A stretch of DNA of 64,000 nt, taken from Candidatus Bathyarchaeia archaeon. GTDB lineage: Archaea > Thermoproteota > Bathyarchaeia > Bathyarchaeales > Bathycorpusculaceae. A program made the position numbers and the translations under genes. The notes beneath the pieces are model-generated. The model saw only the letters and a program-made list of their open reading frames with translations, was not told the DNA's origin and searched no databases. The stretch lies in NCBI GenBank assembly GCA_038882975.1, contig JAVZNE010000006.1, forward strand, positions 17,544 to 81,543, given 5' to 3'. Positions 26,618-36,501 of the stretch are shown here, one piece after another. Within the stretch, counting starts at the first letter, position 1, and each line of letters begins with the position of its first letter.

Positions 26618-27509
26618 CTTTGTTCCTTTTTATTAGCTGTTTAATCATTGTGTAGGTTTCTTTTCTGGACAGCCCGGTTCTTGAAAGCGGCAGGTCAAAG
26701 GTGCCATTTTTTGAGTAGAGTCTTAGACATGTTTCACGTTTAGGCGTCACGTAGATGGTTACATCTGAAAAGTCGGTCCATCTGCCTTCCTTCATGGTTT
26801 TGCCTTCCCAAAGCTGGAAGCCTTTGCTATTCATAGAAAGTGTTGTATGATAGCGATTTTTGTAGAGGCGGTGGCCGACAAGAAGCGAAACTATAATTGC
26901 TATTAGCAATGATAAGGGGTTAACAATGTTTTGTATACCTGATACTGTTAGAAATACGAGAAACAATACTATGAAGAAAAATGTTATTGTGAAGCTTTTC
27001 AAATAATTGGGTAGGTCAAAGGCTTCAAACTTAGCCTCTGTTAGTTTTAGTTGTTTTGCCAAGCCTTTTCCGAGAACATTTTCAGAAGTCACTCTCTCCT
27101 TTGATGCTAGACTATAGGCGACTATGCCGACATTTTTGTCAGCTGTGTTGGCAACAACCTCTTTTATAGCTTTTTGGAAGGCTTCCCTTTGAACAAGTCC
27201 TAGAAAAATCCAGTCTTCAGAACCAAACTTGTTTTTGCAAGCCAAAACCAGTTTTCTAACGAGTTTTGGGTCAAAATTTTGACCTGTATAAATTAATAGG
27301 TGAATTTTGTATCTTGGTGTAACCAGCGCCGAAAAAATCCTTGAAAGGAAGAATCCCTTTTCTTGTAGACTTCCGGAGGCGTATAGTGGGAAGGTTACAT
27401 CGTCAATTGTGTAGTCTTTATGGATTTCGCTGAAGTTGGCGAGCCACCTTAGGTTTCCCCTTACTAATTGCTCTTCTACCATGTCGATGGCAAAATTTAG
27501 CTCATACAC
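26607..27509 (-). CDS. Hypothetical protein: soluble alpha/beta N-domain, two TM helices, PH-like C-domain
   Basis: Hydrophobic helices near aa 172-213; C-terminal beta pattern (GFQLWEG..RWTDFSDV); downstream of and co-oriented with the permease. Confidence 0.6.
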   Translation of the reverse strand: MYELNFAIDMVEEQLVRGNLRWLANFSEIHKDYTIDDVTFPLYASGSLQEKGFFLSRIFSALVTPRYKIHLLIYTGQNFDPKLVRKLVLACKNKFGSEDWIFLGLVQREAFQKAIKEVVANTADKNVGIVAYSLASKERVTSENVLGKGLAKQLKLTEAKFEAFDLPNYLKSFTITFFFIVLFLVFLTVSGIQNIVNPLSLLIAIIVSLLVGHRLYKNRYHTTLSMNSKGFQLWEGKTMKEGRWTDFSDVTIYVTPKRETCLRLYSKNGTFDLPLSRTGLSRKETYTMIKQLIKRNKATQ

Positions 27510-27563
27510 GTTTAAAACACCATTTATTTACAGTTTAAAAATAAAAAGGGAGGGTATTTAAGG

Positions 27564-29336
27564 CTATTCTGGTGGTATACTGAGGTAGAGCGTGCGCATG
27601 TCAACGCCTCTAGTGGTGTTCTTGTACATGTAATAGACATACAGCAGTATACCAATTATTATGCAGCCAAAGAATCCACATGCGCTTACTATATCAGCGG
27701 TTTTAGCACCCGTTGTGAAGAGGGACCATATCCATGGCGACTCCTTTATGAAGATGTAGAAGCAGAAGGCACCTCCCAATGTTGCTATAAACCCTAGGGT
27801 TGTAACAGCGCCAATTGAGTGCTTAACGGCTGCGCGGTCGTAGATTTCCTTTCTTTCCAAGGGAAGTAGCATGCATGAAACGCAGAACAGGGTTAGGAAG
27901 AACGCGTCAAATATGTCTGTGCCAACAACTCCTGCAAATGCCAGGTAGTCTGCTGCTCCCTCTGGGAAGTTTGCCTCAGCCATGCACGCTGGGATGGCGA
28001 AAACCGCTGTTATTATTATTGACCAGACTGGTGCATGCCATCTTTCGCTGACATAGGCGAACTTTTCAGGCATCATTCTGTCGAAGGACATGGCAAAGAA
28101 TGTCCTAGAAGCCACAAGCAAGAATGGCGGAATATCATTAGCAATCCAGAGAACACCGCCTAAAGCAATTAACCATGAAAGGATCCCTAGATTCATGCCT
28201 CTAGCAATTATTGAGGCTATACCTGTGCTCCACGCCTTTTGGAAGTTGATTCCGCGAAACTCAAGCTTCGGGCTTTGTGCTATATGTGTCCAGTTTCCTT
28301 CACCATACTTTGTAATGTTGGGGTCAACTCCTACATATTCGTATACTGCTGTCCAATTGACATCGCCATAACTCAGAAATGAATATGCTTGATAGAAGCT
28401 CCACTGATCTCCTCCCACCGTTCTTTTTTCTACATTCATAGTGGCTGCGGCTGATAGCGATGAAGCCAATAAATAGATTACCATTATTACTAGTCCTGCA
28501 ACTAGAAGCACTTGAGGAAGTTTTTTGTTTGCTTCTTTAACCTCGCCAGCCACGAATGTTGTAGCATACCAGCCCATGTAAGCCCAGAACGCCCCACCCA
28601 GCGCAACCGAGAATGCGCTAAAGAAACCGGTTTTCGCCTCTAACATTCCACCTTTAATAGCTAAATCAACAATACTTTTTGGTGTGACACCCATTACACT
28701 TTTAATTCCTTCCTCGACAAGACCTGGATTCATTACACCGGCAACCCACATTGCAAAGAATATTATCGTTATAACAGCTGGTATGTAGAATATCACCTCC
28801 ATAAGTCGCCCATAAAGCTTAGTTCCCAACAATGCGATTATAGCGAAAATCCACACTATTACAAGTCCGCCTATGAAAAGTTCAGCAGGCCCAAACGGGA
28901 TGGTTGTAGGCGCCAAAGCTATGTTATAGAAGATTGATATTCCTTCGAACACAGCCACACCAATTAATCCGTATGAGAACGCTTCTGCGAGGAACATCAG
29001 CCATCCTGCAATATACCCCACCGATGGGTGTATAATTCTAGAGATTGTTACGTAGCCGCCGCCTGAACGTGGCATGGCCGCCGCCACATATCCTGCGGCA
29101 TAACCCGTGATCAGCACAATGATTCCGCATATTAGAAAAGCCCAGAACATTGCTGGCAGACCGAGTGGCATTTCATTTGTTGGCATAGGCACTGGTCCTG
29201 TGAATTGGAAGGCTCGTTTTTGCCAGCCTAAGCCTATGACGTGGCTTAGGATTATGATGACGCCTAAGGTGAAGCCTATCTCCCTCACGAGGCCAGTTGC
29301 TTCTCTAGCAAAAAGTCCAGGCTTGCTTGAAGCCAT
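27564..29336 (-). CDS. APC-family amino acid/polyamine permease
   Basis: FAREATGLVRE, MPRSGGGY, AGEVK, RTFFAMSFDR; about 12-14 TM; IPPE C-terminus. Confidence 0.92.
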   Translation of the reverse strand: MASSKPGLFAREATGLVREIGFTLGVIIILSHVIGLGWQKRAFQFTGPVPMPTNEMPLGLPAMFWAFLICGIIVLITGYAAGYVAAAMPRSGGGYVTISRIIHPSVGYIAGWLMFLAEAFSYGLIGVAVFEGISIFYNIALAPTTIPFGPAELFIGGLVIVWIFAIIALLGTKLYGRLMEVIFYIPAVITIIFFAMWVAGVMNPGLVEEGIKSVMGVTPKSIVDLAIKGGMLEAKTGFFSAFSVALGGAFWAYMGWYATTFVAGEVKEANKKLPQVLLVAGLVIMVIYLLASSLSAAATMNVEKRTVGGDQWSFYQAYSFLSYGDVNWTAVYEYVGVDPNITKYGEGNWTHIAQSPKLEFRGINFQKAWSTGIASIIARGMNLGILSWLIALGGVLWIANDIPPFLLVASRTFFAMSFDRMMPEKFAYVSERWHAPVWSIIITAVFAIPACMAEANFPEGAADYLAFAGVVGTDIFDAFFLTLFCVSCMLLPLERKEIYDRAAVKHSIGAVTTLGFIATLGGAFCFYIFIKESPWIWSLFTTGAKTADIVSACGFFGCIIIGILLYVYYMYKNTTRGVDMRTLYLSIPPE

Positions 29337-29374
29337 TTTTTATAACACCCAGATATCTAATTTCAGTTCAATCC

Positions 29375-29410
29375 GAATTTAAAACTTTCCATAAACTCTA
29401 AATTTAAATA
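29375..29410. promoter_or_regulatory. Divergent archaeal promoters for the permease and phosphoesterase units
   Basis: Minus strand GGAAAGTTTTAAAT (BRE-TATA) around 29377-29390; plus strand TTTAAATA at 29403-29410. Confidence 0.55.
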
Positions 29411-29448
29411 GTGCGATTCATGATTCTAGTATGGAAAACGCGTAGGGA

Positions 29449-30429
29449 ATGGTTCAAGTGTCATTTCTATTTAAGAAGAAGGAAGTTGAGACAAGAATTC
29501 TTTTTGCCACGGACATGCATGGCTCTGAGGGTGTTTGGCGAAAGTTTCTGAACGCGTCTGCAATGCTTAAGGTTGACGTGGCTATTTGTGGCGGCGACTT
29601 AACAGGTAAAATGTTGGTGCCAGTTGTTAAGCATGAGGATGGCAAATACTCTTACTATCATCTAAAAAGAACCCACATGGTAGATGAAAGCGAGATAGAG
29701 AAGGCCCTAAAGGAAATAAGGGGTATAGGCTATTACCCATACTTAACAGATGAAAGCGAATACGAGGAGATGATAGGGAACCCCAAGAAAGTTGATGAAG
29801 TTTTCCATAAGGTCATGGCTTCAACAATAAAGAGTTGGCTTGACCTTATCCCCCAGAAGGTTCCAAGCGAAACAAGGGTTGTTGTCTGCCCAGGAAACGA
29901 TGATAGGCCAGTTGTTGACGAGATAGTGAACAGCCACAAGCACGTGATAAATGGGGAGGGAAAAGTCATAGAAATTGACGATTCGCATGAAATGGTGAGC
30001 TGCGGATGGGTTAATCCAAGCCCGTGGAAGACGTCCCGCGAGGAAGAGGAGGAAAAACTTGAGGAACGCCTTGAAAAATACATCTCCCAAATCAAAAATG
30101 TTGAAAGCGCCATCTTCAACTTTCACGCTCCGCCGTACCAGTCAAAACTTGACGAAGCCCCGCTTCTAGATAAAAACTTGAATCCAGTTATCCAAAGCGG
30201 AAGTGTTGTCATGGTTCCAGTTGGCTCTAAAGCTGTTAGGAAGATGATTGAAAAATACCAGCCCTTCCTTGGGCTTCACGGGCATATACATGAGGCTGCC
30301 GGCTCCATGAAAATTGGTAGAACCTACTGCGTAAACCCAGGAAGCGAATACGCGGAAGGAATTCTGAGGGCTTTCCTAATAGAGTTTAAAGGCAATAAAA
30401 TTACAAGGCTCCAAAGGATAGAGGGTTAA
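29449..30429 (+). CDS. Calcineurin-like metallophosphoesterase (Icc/COG2129-like)
   Basis: DMHG, GGDLTGK, PGNDD, FHAP, GHIHE, NPGS. Confidence 0.9.
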   Translation: MVQVSFLFKKKEVETRILFATDMHGSEGVWRKFLNASAMLKVDVAICGGDLTGKMLVPVVKHEDGKYSYYHLKRTHMVDESEIEKALKEIRGIGYYPYLTDESEYEEMIGNPKKVDEVFHKVMASTIKSWLDLIPQKVPSETRVVVCPGNDDRPVVDEIVNSHKHVINGEGKVIEIDDSHEMVSCGWVNPSPWKTSREEEEEKLEERLEKYISQIKNVESAIFNFHAPPYQSKLDEAPLLDKNLNPVIQSGSVVMVPVGSKAVRKMIEKYQPFLGLHGHIHEAAGSMKIGRTYCVNPGSEYAEGILRAFLIEFKGNKITRLQRIEG

Positions 30430-30437
30430 AGGTAAGC

Positions 30438-31367
30438 ATGGCTTGGCTCTTGGATAGGGAAATTAGGCGCGAACTGCCGGAAGAGTGGGAGGGCATAGTT
30501 CCAACAGAAATCTTTCTACAAGAATCCCAGCGGATCGTCGAAAAAGCCAGAGATGAAGGCGTAATTTTGAGAATTTTGGGCGGATTAAGCATAGCAATCC
30601 ACTGTCAAGAGCATAGGGATTTCGCCCAAAAACTTGGGAGGGTTGGCACAGGCGTGGTTGAGGGTCAAGAATACAGCGACATAGACCTAGTTTCATACCG
30701 CAGTTATAGAGAGAAAGTTAAGGATTTATTTGATAAGCTTGGCTATGCGAAAAGGAGGGCCACACTTTCAACGGCCGCTTCTGAAAGGCAAATCTACTTC
30801 CATTCAAAAGGCTGGTTCTATGTGGATGTCTTTTTCGACAAACTTCTAGTGGCAAACCACCCCATCGACTTTAAGGGAAGGCTTGAACTTGACTATCCAA
30901 CAATAACAGTTACAGACATGCTGCTTGAAAAAATCCAGATGTGGGAGGCCTTCAGCGCAAAAGACCTTAAAGACTGCCTGCTGCTCCTAAAAGCCCATGA
31001 CATAAGCCAAAAAACAGAAAAGGAGAGCATAGACGCATCATACATAGCAAAACTTTTAGCCCAAGACTGGGGATTCTGGTACACAGCCACGACAAACCTT
31101 AAAAAAATTAAGGCGTTTATGGCTGAAATTGATAAGCTCGGCCCAGAAGCAAACATAGACCCAAAACAAATCGGGAAAGAAGACAGAGAAGAGATAATTT
31201 GGAAAGTGAACGCCATACTAGAGACCGTTGATAGGGAGCCAAAAACCTTCGGTTGGAAAATGAGGGCCAAAATAGGAACAAAAAAGCAGTGGTACAATCC
31301 GGTTGAACGTCCAGAAACCGTCGGCGGCTTCGGAATATGGGAAACCCTTCTGAAAGGCGAAGGCTAG
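30438..31367 (+). CDS. Uncharacterised Pol-beta-superfamily nucleotidyltransferase, paralog of 25496..26617
   Basis: LGGLSIAIH, SDIDL, VDVF, LEKIQ, AKDLKD motifs. Confidence 0.75.
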   Translation: MAWLLDREIRRELPEEWEGIVPTEIFLQESQRIVEKARDEGVILRILGGLSIAIHCQEHRDFAQKLGRVGTGVVEGQEYSDIDLVSYRSYREKVKDLFDKLGYAKRRATLSTAASERQIYFHSKGWFYVDVFFDKLLVANHPIDFKGRLELDYPTITVTDMLLEKIQMWEAFSAKDLKDCLLLLKAHDISQKTEKESIDASYIAKLLAQDWGFWYTATTNLKKIKAFMAEIDKLGPEANIDPKQIGKEDREEIIWKVNAILETVDREPKTFGWKMRAKIGTKKQWYNPVERPETVGGFGIWETLLKGEG

Positions 31368-31417
31368 CGTTCAATAGAAAGCGAAAAGTTAATGTGTTAT
31401 AGTTTAAGGTTTATTCT

Positions 31418-31543
31418 GGGGTTTGCCGGCCATAGGGCGCGGGTTCCACCCGATCCCATTCCGAACTCGGAAGTTAAACCGCGCTCCGTTCCCGGTTGTA
31501 GTGTGGTCTTCGGCCACGCGAAGCCGGGAAAGCTGGCAGCCCC
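31418..31543 (+). rRNA. rrf: 5S rRNA (unlinked)
   Basis: GGCCATAG..CCACCCGATCCCATTCCGAACTCGGAAGTTAA signature; terminal helix GGGGTTTGCCGGC/GCTGGCAGCCCC. Confidence 0.95.
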
Positions 31544-31613
31544 GCTCCTTTTGAGGCTATACTGTTTTAAGGTTTGATTTGGCAATATTATGTGCGGTTG
31601 GTTTCCTTTGGAC

Positions 31614-32984
31614 ATGGAAGTGGTAGCCAAGCTTAGGGAGATTGTTGGCTGTGAGAACGTTCTTGTGGGCGATAATATTGGCGAGGAGTATGTGCATGAT
31701 GAGGCGCTCGCCGTCAAGCCTTGCATGCCAGAAATCGTTGTTAAGCCTATAACAGCCGAAGAGGTTGCTGAAATACTGCACCTAGCCAACGAGAAGGGGA
31801 TTCCAGTTACTCCGAGAGGTGGCGGAACAGGCTTAAGTGGGGGTTGCGTTCCATCCGCTGGTGGGATTCTCTTATCCCTTGAGCGTATGAATCGGATACT
31901 GGAAATAGACGAGGAGAACCATGTGGCGGTTGTTGAGGCTGGCGTCACCCTTTCAAGTCTTATGAAGGCTGTTGAAGCGCATGGGCTTTGCTACCCAATT
32001 TATCCGGGAGAAGAAAGTGCAACTGTTGGCGGTAATGTTGCCACCAATGCCGGTGGCATGATGGCGGTAAAGTATGGGGTTACCCGTAACTTTGTTTTGG
32101 GCTTGGAGGCTGTTTTGCCAACCGGCGAAATCATAAAAACTGGCGGTAAATACGTGAAAGTTTCGTCGGGCTACGACCTAACACAGTTAATTGTAGGTTC
32201 CGAGGGAACCCTAGCTGTCGTAACCAAGGTTATTTTGAAGCTTTTGCCCAAGCAGAAGGATAGGGTAACACTACTTGTCGCGTTTAAGACGCTTAAGCAA
32301 GGCGTGGCAGCTGTACCGCTTCTACTGAAGTGCGGTGTCACACCCTTGATAATTGAATTTATCGATAATGTTGGGCTTAACGCCATGGAAAATTACACTG
32401 GAATAACTGTGCCAATAGATGAGCATGTTCGAAGCGAGTCTGAAGCCTTCCTCCTCATTGTTTTGGAGGATGAAAGCCAAGAAAAACTTTACAGGGACGC
32501 CGAGCTGGTCACTGAAATCTGCATGAAGAATGGTGCAATTGAGGTTCTCATGCCATCCACTGAGAGGGCTGGAAGGGAACTCTTAGAGTTGAGGGAAAAA
32601 TCTTTCTACGCTGCTAGGGATGCCGGCGCCAAATTTCTCGTGGATGTTGTTGTTCCTAGAAGCCAAATCCCAGAATTCATGGAGAAAGCGAGGGAAACCT
32701 CCATAAAATATTCAGTGGTTATAAGCGGCGCTGGACATGTTGGAGATGGAAACGTTCACCTAGCCATATTTGAGGAAAATTCGGAAAAACTATCGGCCAT
32801 TTTGAAGGAGATTTACGCTTTAGGGAAAGCTTTAGGAGGCGCTGTGTCGGCGGAGCATGGCATAGGCTTGGAGAAAAGGGAGCTTTTCCTAGAGTTGGAG
32901 GATAAAGCGAAGATTGAGCTTATGAGGAGGATTAAGAGGGCTTTCGATCCCAACAACATCCTCAACCCCGGAAAAATTTTCTAA
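31614..32984 (+). CDS. FAD-linked 2-hydroxyacid dehydrogenase (GlcD/D-lactate dehydrogenase family)
   Basis: PRGGGTGLSGG, TNAGG..AVKYG, GSEGTL, GDGNVH, EHGIG, LNPGKI. Confidence 0.92.
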   Translation: MEVVAKLREIVGCENVLVGDNIGEEYVHDEALAVKPCMPEIVVKPITAEEVAEILHLANEKGIPVTPRGGGTGLSGGCVPSAGGILLSLERMNRILEIDEENHVAVVEAGVTLSSLMKAVEAHGLCYPIYPGEESATVGGNVATNAGGMMAVKYGVTRNFVLGLEAVLPTGEIIKTGGKYVKVSSGYDLTQLIVGSEGTLAVVTKVILKLLPKQKDRVTLLVAFKTLKQGVAAVPLLLKCGVTPLIIEFIDNVGLNAMENYTGITVPIDEHVRSESEAFLLIVLEDESQEKLYRDAELVTEICMKNGAIEVLMPSTERAGRELLELREKSFYAARDAGAKFLVDVVVPRSQIPEFMEKARETSIKYSVVISGAGHVGDGNVHLAIFEENSEKLSAILKEIYALGKALGGAVSAEHGIGLEKRELFLELEDKAKIELMRRIKRAFDPNNILNPGKIF

Positions 32985-33061
32985 AACGGGCTTATGCCTT
33001 AAATACGAGATCAGCGGATGCATTATTTCTTTCCGAAAGTTGCCCTTGGAGAAACTCTGGC

Positions 33062-33859
33062 ATGTGGGAGTTGCTACTTCCCATCTTCGGCTTTTTGATA
33101 AGCATAGCCGCAGCCTTAACGGGAGTTGGGGGCGGAATATTCATAGTGCCCTTGTTGACGCTCCTCTACGACTTTGAGCCAGTAACAGCCATAGGCACAA
33201 GCTTAGCCACAATAATCATCACATCCATAGCATCTTCTGCAAATTATCTGAAACAAAAACGCGTCTATGTTAAGGCTGGTTTAGTTTTGGCTTGTGCCAC
33301 TGCACCTGGAGGCTATGTTGGAGCATCCATTACGGCGGTTCCAGCTGTGAAAATGTGGCTTGGCGTTATCTTTGGCGCTTTTCTAATTTTTGTTGCTTTT
33401 CAAATGGTTTACAAAGCCTTCACCACAGAATCTGTAAGGGCGTGTGGCGTGGTTGATGCTGCCTTTGAAAAGGAATTGCTTTTTAACAAGCGGAAAATGC
33501 TTTATGGCTTATTTTTAAGTTTTTTCGGCGGGGTGACTTCTGGGCTTTTAGGCATAGGTGGAGGAGTTGTTTTAGTTCCAGTCATGTGTTATGCGCTTAG
33601 TTTTCCAATTCATTTCGCCATACCAACCTCCATGTTCATCATGATTTTCACGTCAATTTCTGGCGTGGTTAGTCACGTGCAGCAGGGAAATGTGAACGCT
33701 TTGTATGGGGTTTATCTTGGAGTAGGCTCTGTTGTTGGAGCGCAGGTTGGCGCCTATACGAGCAGAAGGCTTTCAAGCAGAAGTCTAAACCTTCTTTTTG
33801 CAGTCATGCTCCTTGTAGCAAGCGTTAACATGATACTGAAAAACTTGCATTACATTTGA
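33062..33859 (+). CDS. TauE/SafE (sulfite exporter, TSUP) family membrane protein
   Basis: Duplicated G.GGG..VP and A.GTS/PTS motifs. Confidence 0.9.
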   Translation: MWELLLPIFGFLISIAAALTGVGGGIFIVPLLTLLYDFEPVTAIGTSLATIIITSIASSANYLKQKRVYVKAGLVLACATAPGGYVGASITAVPAVKMWLGVIFGAFLIFVAFQMVYKAFTTESVRACGVVDAAFEKELLFNKRKMLYGLFLSFFGGVTSGLLGIGGGVVLVPVMCYALSFPIHFAIPTSMFIMIFTSISGVVSHVQQGNVNALYGVYLGVGSVVGAQVGAYTSRRLSSRSLNLLFAVMLLVASVNMILKNLHYI

Positions 33860-33936
33860 TTTCAATTGTGCGAGTAAACTTGGAATATCCTAAAATTTAT
33901 AACTAGGCTTTTGCTAGTTTTTCGGAAGGTGAGTAT

Positions 33937-35076
33937 GTGAACCTAGTGGCAGCGCTGTTTGTTCTTAAAAGTGAGCTCATCCGATTCCAAGGAGACATAT
34001 TCTCACAGATTTTGTCCTTAATCATTTACGCCTTCATATTTATCTCCATATTTTATGGTCAGCGCATTCAGCTTTACATTATGCTTAGGGAGGTTGAGGG
34101 CGGCCTATATAAGTTGAAGTATATCCGAGATGAGGGCCGCAGAATAGCTATAGAAACCATTAAAGAGATTGGGAAGCCTCAGACAGACCCATCGGCTAGG
34201 GTTGACCGATTTCTGGAATATTTCACTATTGCTCCTCAAAGCCTTGATCCAGCAGGAATTGTTTGGAAGCTTGAGCATATACTAGACGTTAGGGACACTC
34301 GCTTCAAAGACGAGGTTAGGCTGCTTGCTCCAGCGGCAGATGAAACGCAGGCGAATAATTTGGAGAACACCCTCGAGGCGGCTATGGCTCTAAACTACAT
34401 TTACAAGGTTATAAGGCACTATTACCTGCTTGGAAAGAAGACGCTAAGCCTCTACATTATAATGCAGATTCAGATGATTTTGCCGTTGGTTATGCGGGAA
34501 GCCGAAGCCTATGCAAGTGCTCTCAAAGCCTTCGCTTACGGTCAGCCTATTGGTGATGGCGTAGGAGCGCTTGTGGCAGCCAAGCTTATGCATGGTCACC
34601 CCGTTAGGAAGGTTCCAAAAGACTGTGTTGTGGCTGAGGTTCCCTTCGAGGGGAGAACAGCTTACGTTATAAAGGCTGAGGGTCCCGGCGGGAACGTTGG
34701 CAAGCCTGGGGACGCCATTAAAACGATTATTGAGGAGAATGAGGGTAAAATAGCTAACATAATCATGATCGACGCTGCTTTGAAGCTTGAGGGTGAGGAG
34801 GTTGGCGAGGTGGCTGAGGGCGTAGGCGCAGCCATAGGCGGTCCTGGGGTTGACCAGTTCAAAATTGAGGAGACCATTCTGAAGTATCGCATTCCGATAA
34901 ACGCTGTCATAATTAAGGAGGATATTGGCGATGCAGTTTCGCCGATGCGAAAGGAGATTTTCGAGGCTGCTGACAAAGCCATCGAAAGAATTAGGCAGGT
35001 GATATTGGAGAGGACTAAGGAGGGTGACAAAGTTATTATTGCAGGTGCTGGAAACACGATTGGTATAGGACAATAA
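33937..35076 (+). CDS. DUF1512 family protein
   Basis: PIGDG.G, KAEGPG, IDAALKLEGE, GNTIGIGQ. Confidence 0.85.
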   Translation: MNLVAALFVLKSELIRFQGDIFSQILSLIIYAFIFISIFYGQRIQLYIMLREVEGGLYKLKYIRDEGRRIAIETIKEIGKPQTDPSARVDRFLEYFTIAPQSLDPAGIVWKLEHILDVRDTRFKDEVRLLAPAADETQANNLENTLEAAMALNYIYKVIRHYYLLGKKTLSLYIIMQIQMILPLVMREAEAYASALKAFAYGQPIGDGVGALVAAKLMHGHPVRKVPKDCVVAEVPFEGRTAYVIKAEGPGGNVGKPGDAIKTIIEENEGKIANIIMIDAALKLEGEEVGEVAEGVGAAIGGPGVDQFKIEETILKYRIPINAVIIKEDIGDAVSPMRKEIFEAADKAIERIRQVILERTKEGDKVIIAGAGNTIGIGQ

Positions 35077-35092
35077 GAGAGGGGACGATGAA

Positions 35093-35512
35093 GTGAGCAC
35101 AAACAAAAGTAACACATCTGCGGCGACGAGGGTTTCATCATTCGTTCTGCTTATAATATTTGTTACCTTAGCTCTAGCCTTGGCGGCGCTTGTTATTGCA
35201 GTTTCCTATTGGGAAACTTCGCAAGGGGTAGCTGTTTACATGCTGCTTTTAGGTTTTATAGCTTTAGCCCTATCAACGTATGTGTTGTTCCAGACGCGGC
35301 AGCGCATTTTACGCTTGAGAATTGAAACCCCGCCAATTACTACGACTATTGAATGTAGGAAGTGCGGCTTCAAAAGTGTTCGGGAGTTTCAGCGGGGCGA
35401 CTATGTTTTCAAAGAGGTTGAACCTTGCCAGAAGTGTAATGAGAAAATGATTATCACCGCTATTTACCGGGAAGTTCGTGAGAAGGGTAAGACGCCTTCT
35501 TTTCCCTATTAG
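35093..35512 (+). CDS. Two-TM protein with C-terminal Zn ribbon
   Basis: CRKC..REFQRGDYVFK..CQKC..IYRE. Confidence 0.75.
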   Translation: MSTNKSNTSAATRVSSFVLLIIFVTLALALAALVIAVSYWETSQGVAVYMLLLGFIALALSTYVLFQTRQRILRLRIETPPITTTIECRKCGFKSVREFQRGDYVFKEVEPCQKCNEKMIITAIYREVREKGKTPSFPY

Positions 35513-35516
35513 GGGG

Positions 35517-36422
35517 TTAGGTTAGGATTAGGCATCCATCTTCGACTATTAGGACTGTGTGTTCTGCTTGAGCGACTGGTTTTCTGCTGGCTTCTATGAA
35601 GACCGGATAGCTCATAATCGCCTTTGAAATTAAAAGTTCTTTGAAGGCTTCTCTATAATGTTCTTCTGGGACCACGCCTTGAAGCCAACGCTCGGTGAAT
35701 GGCAGTGTTTTAAAGTTTTCCTCAATGTATTTTAGAAGCTTCTTCGCGTAGGCGTTTTTAAGGGGCTTCTGTTTTATAAAGCGGAATATTGTGGCTTCGG
35801 GGATGTTTTCCACTTTGCCGATGGCGTTTTGAACTGTTACGAAGGGTTCTATGGCGTAGGCTTCGCCCAGCTTAACTTTTGTGAAAGATAGGTGAGCCAC
35901 GTTGGGCAGCGATGTCCCAGCATGAATCAAATATCTGCCAACACTATGTCCCGTCAGATTCGAGATGGGCTTAAAGCCTCTGGACCTTACTGTCCGCTCT
36001 ATTAATGCGCCAAGCCTCGATGTTGGTGTTTCCGGGCGTATGGCTTCCACAGCCTTTTTCAAGGCTTGTTCTGCCGCGTTCACCATTTCACGGTACTCTG
36101 GGTTAAAGCATATCGTCACGGCTGTGTCTGTTACGTAGCCGTCCACGTGGGCGCCAATATCCACCTTCACAAGGGATTTTTCTGGAATTCTCCGCGTGTC
36201 GTTTGGTGGTGAAGTGTAGTGGGCTGCAATCTCGTTTATTGAAACGTTGCATGGGAAGGCTGGTTTTCCGCCCTTACGCCTAATGAGCTCTTCGGCTTTT
36301 TCACAAACTTCAATTATTGGCATATTTTCGCGGACAAAATTTTTTAGCTCTTCTCTGGTTTCGCGGAGAATTCTACCGGACAAGCGGAGCTTTTCAAAGG
36401 CTTCATCATCTATAGCTTTCAT
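35517..36422 (-). CDS. map: Methionine aminopeptidase type II
   Basis: AFPCN, AAHY, DIGAHVDG..TDTA, NLTGH, AIEPF, QAEHT. Confidence 0.96.
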   Translation of the reverse strand: MKAIDDEAFEKLRLSGRILRETREELKNFVRENMPIIEVCEKAEELIRRKGGKPAFPCNVSINEIAAHYTSPPNDTRRIPEKSLVKVDIGAHVDGYVTDTAVTICFNPEYREMVNAAEQALKKAVEAIRPETPTSRLGALIERTVRSRGFKPISNLTGHSVGRYLIHAGTSLPNVAHLSFTKVKLGEAYAIEPFVTVQNAIGKVENIPEATIFRFIKQKPLKNAYAKKLLKYIEENFKTLPFTERWLQGVVPEEHYREAFKELLISKAIMSYPVFIEASRKPVAQAEHTVLIVEDGCLILT

Positions 36423-36501
36423 TTCAGGGGCACTTTAACCTTTTAACTTTATAAACTAAACCCGTATTAAGGGTTTAAAGGTTTAGTGGGAGGCTTGGTG
36501 T

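Noticed and set aside
25496-31367. Calling the NTase module CBASS or a type IV toxin-antitoxin system
   Set aside because: No CD-NTase/SMODS-specific features, Cap effectors or AbiEi antitoxin recognisable; the linked permease points more toward metabolism, so it is left unassigned.
31392-31948. ORFs 31392..31577(+) and 31397..31948(-)
   Set aside because: They overlap the 5S rRNA and the antisense strand of the FAD oxidoreductase.
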